Below, one piece after another: positions 24,540 to 25,988 of a stretch of DNA of 25,988 bases. Position 1 is the stretch's first letter. Each line of letters starts with the position of its first letter. The notes beneath the pieces are model-generated. The model was not told the origin of the DNA. It worked only from the letters and a program-made list of their open reading frames with translations, and ran no database searches. Source of the stretch: a virus (Duplodnaviria; Caudoviricetes); the IMG/VR virus record IMGVR_UViG_3300007754_000052, positions 1 through 25,988 of that record; one strand, 5' to 3'. The translations under genes and the position numbers were made by a program.

Positions 24540-25988
24540 TCAGGCATTACCAATAGCTACTGGTCTTTCCTGCTCCCTTTCTAGTACAAGTTCTTGTTGT
24601 TTAAGTGCTAATTCAGCTTTCTTAATCTCAAGCTCTTGTGCTTTAATTTGCATATCAACTTGAGCTTCCTGTCTCTTAAGTTCTAAGTCCTGCTGTGCTA
24701 TCTCAGCATCTATTTGCATTTCTTGCTGCTTAAGTGCAGACTCTTGTTGTATCTTCTGTAGTTTAACTTTTAACTCTTCAGCCTTGAGCTGTGCTTCCAT
24801 CTGCTTGGCTTGGTCTTCTGGTGAAGGACCTTGCTGCTGAGGAACTGCATCACCGGGGTCAGTAATAAAGTCATCTACATTCTTCATACCCATAGCTCTT
24901 ATCTGCTCTGCTACTAAGTTATATACATTCTTAGGCTTGAGTAGCATACCTGCTGCTGGGTGTTGTGCAATCATCTGTATTGTCTGTGCCAGTCTTCCTA
25001 GGTGCATAAGGTTCATATCTTTATTACCAAACCCTAGTCCAACTTGTGCAGTACAATCCAAAGACTCTTTCCACTCTGATGGATACATTGTTATCCATTT
25101 GTTATTAAGTCTTACAATTTTCTCTGGCTTTTCATATTTCTGTACCAGTTGGTATACAGATTTTGCCAGATGTTTCATACCAGTTTCTGCAAATATTCTG
25201 GCAATCAACTCAATCTTCTGCTGTGCTGCTGTCATAACCTGACCTACGCCTGTAGCAGTTTGATGAGATTTTAAAGCACCTTCAGATAAACCCATAGCGT
25301 TTTTGTTTACACCTGTACGCTCTTCTCTAATACTATCAAGATAGCCTAGCATATTAAAAGAGTTCTGGTCCAGTTGTGGTGTTGATAATGGATTAACAGC
25401 ACCTGGAGTTCTTACTCTTACAATACCACCCGGTCTTGAAGTCATCAGGTCATCTAAATTAGCTTGTCCTTCGACTACCTCATAACGCCCATTATTTGTT
25501 AGATACATATTATCTAGTAAGTTACGCATTAGAGTAGTCTTAATTAGTTGAAGGTCAGAGATTAAGTCATAAACACTCAGACCATAGAACTTATGAGGCA
25601 TCGGGATAGGCGTAAGGGAGGAGAAGGGAACACTATCCACAGCCTCATTATCGAACAATTCATCTCCAACCTTCGTTACTTTTCTTAATTCGTCAATACC
25701 ATCATTGTCAAAATCTACCCTGACATAGCACTCTGTTACCCAGATTCCATCATCCAAATCACCTTCTGGTGCTGAATTTTGTTCGTGATTAAATCTAGCT
25801 AATCTCTCTGCTTTATAATCAGCTTCATCATTATTAAAGGCTTTCTCTACTTTAGCTTTAGGATAGCCTTGTTCTATTAATTCAGACTTGGTTTTCTTGA
25901 CTCTATGACCGACAAAGCGAGCATCCTCGATTGTCTTAGCATATTTATTAATTAAAAATTCTTCTGGTGGTACAGGCTCTATCCTTAC
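24540..25988 (-). CDS. portal protein (5'-truncated by the window end)
   Basis: frame is open from 25988 (VRIEPVPPEEFLI...) into the track ORF; motifs D.D.DG..ELRKV, P.P.PHKFYG.S..D...D.Q..KT.L.R.LLDN.Y..NN.R, RPGGIVR; long C-terminal Q/E/K coiled coil like the P22 portal barrel. Confidence 0.9.
   Translation of the reverse strand, partial: VRIEPVPPEEFLINKYAKTIEDARFVGHRVKKTKSELIEQGYPKAKVEKAFNNDEADYKAERLARFNHEQNSAPEGDLDDGIWVTECYVRVDFDNDGIDELRKVTKVGDELFDNEAVDSVPFSSLTPIPMPHKFYGLSVYDLISDLQLIKTTLMRNLLDNMYLTNNGRYEVVEGQANLDDLMTSRPGGIVRVRTPGAVNPLSTPQLDQNSFNMLGYLDSIREERTGVNKNAMGLSEGALKSHQTATGVGQVMTAAQQKIELIARIFAETGMKHLAKSVYQLVQKYEKPEKIVRLNNKWITMYPSEWKESLDCTAQVGLGFGNKDMNLMHLGRLAQTIQMIAQHPAAGMLLKPKNVYNLVAEQIRAMGMKNVDDFITDPGDAVPQQQGPSPEDQAKQMEAQLKAEELKVKLQKIQQESALKQQEMQIDAEIAQQDLELKRQEAQVDMQIKAQELEIKKAELALKQQELVLEREQERPVAIGNA

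Noticed and set aside
508-25242. Numerous plus-strand ORFs of 60-160 aa in the track (e.g. 3531-3935, 8446-8928, 18181-18582, 23897-24349)
   Set aside because: All are antisense shadows of well-supported minus-strand genes, with no recognisable motifs and composition expected from the reverse complement of biased codons.
1-25988. tRNA, CRISPR array, integrase/att site, intron or stop-codon recoding
   Set aside because: Intergenic gaps are under about 50 nt, no spaced repeat arrays or cloverleafs were seen, and TAA, TAG and TGA all end genes that tile the window under the standard code.
1-25988. Specific host or phage genus assignment
   Set aside because: Gene content resembles marine podophages of Gram-negative hosts, but nothing in the window pins down a host without database comparison.

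Overview
The window is an AT-rich fragment of a tailed dsDNA bacteriophage genome. It carries almost the whole late (virion) operon on the minus strand, in podovirus order (P22/SU10-like, similar to many marine uncultured podophages). From right to left: portal (truncated by the window end), small conserved protein, scaffold, major capsid protein, hairpin, adaptor, a mosaic block of tail-fibre/chaperone cassettes ending in a LamG+SPRY receptor-binding protein, eight small membrane proteins (two missing from the ORF track), a second fibre paralog, nozzle, putative needle, GNAT-like protein and putative ejection proteins. One plus-strand PD-(D/E)xK nuclease gene converges at the left end. Genes are tightly packed with AGGAG-type RBSs and TAATG/ATGA overlaps. 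The most notable observations are a modular fibre system with shared domains and a 74-bp repeat, apparent absence of GATC with near-complete replacement of CCWGG by CCSGG, an RBS-sequestering hairpin after the capsid gene, and a large membrane-protein cluster with no visible endolysin. All family assignments come from motif recognition and synteny, not database searches. Motif counts are by eye.
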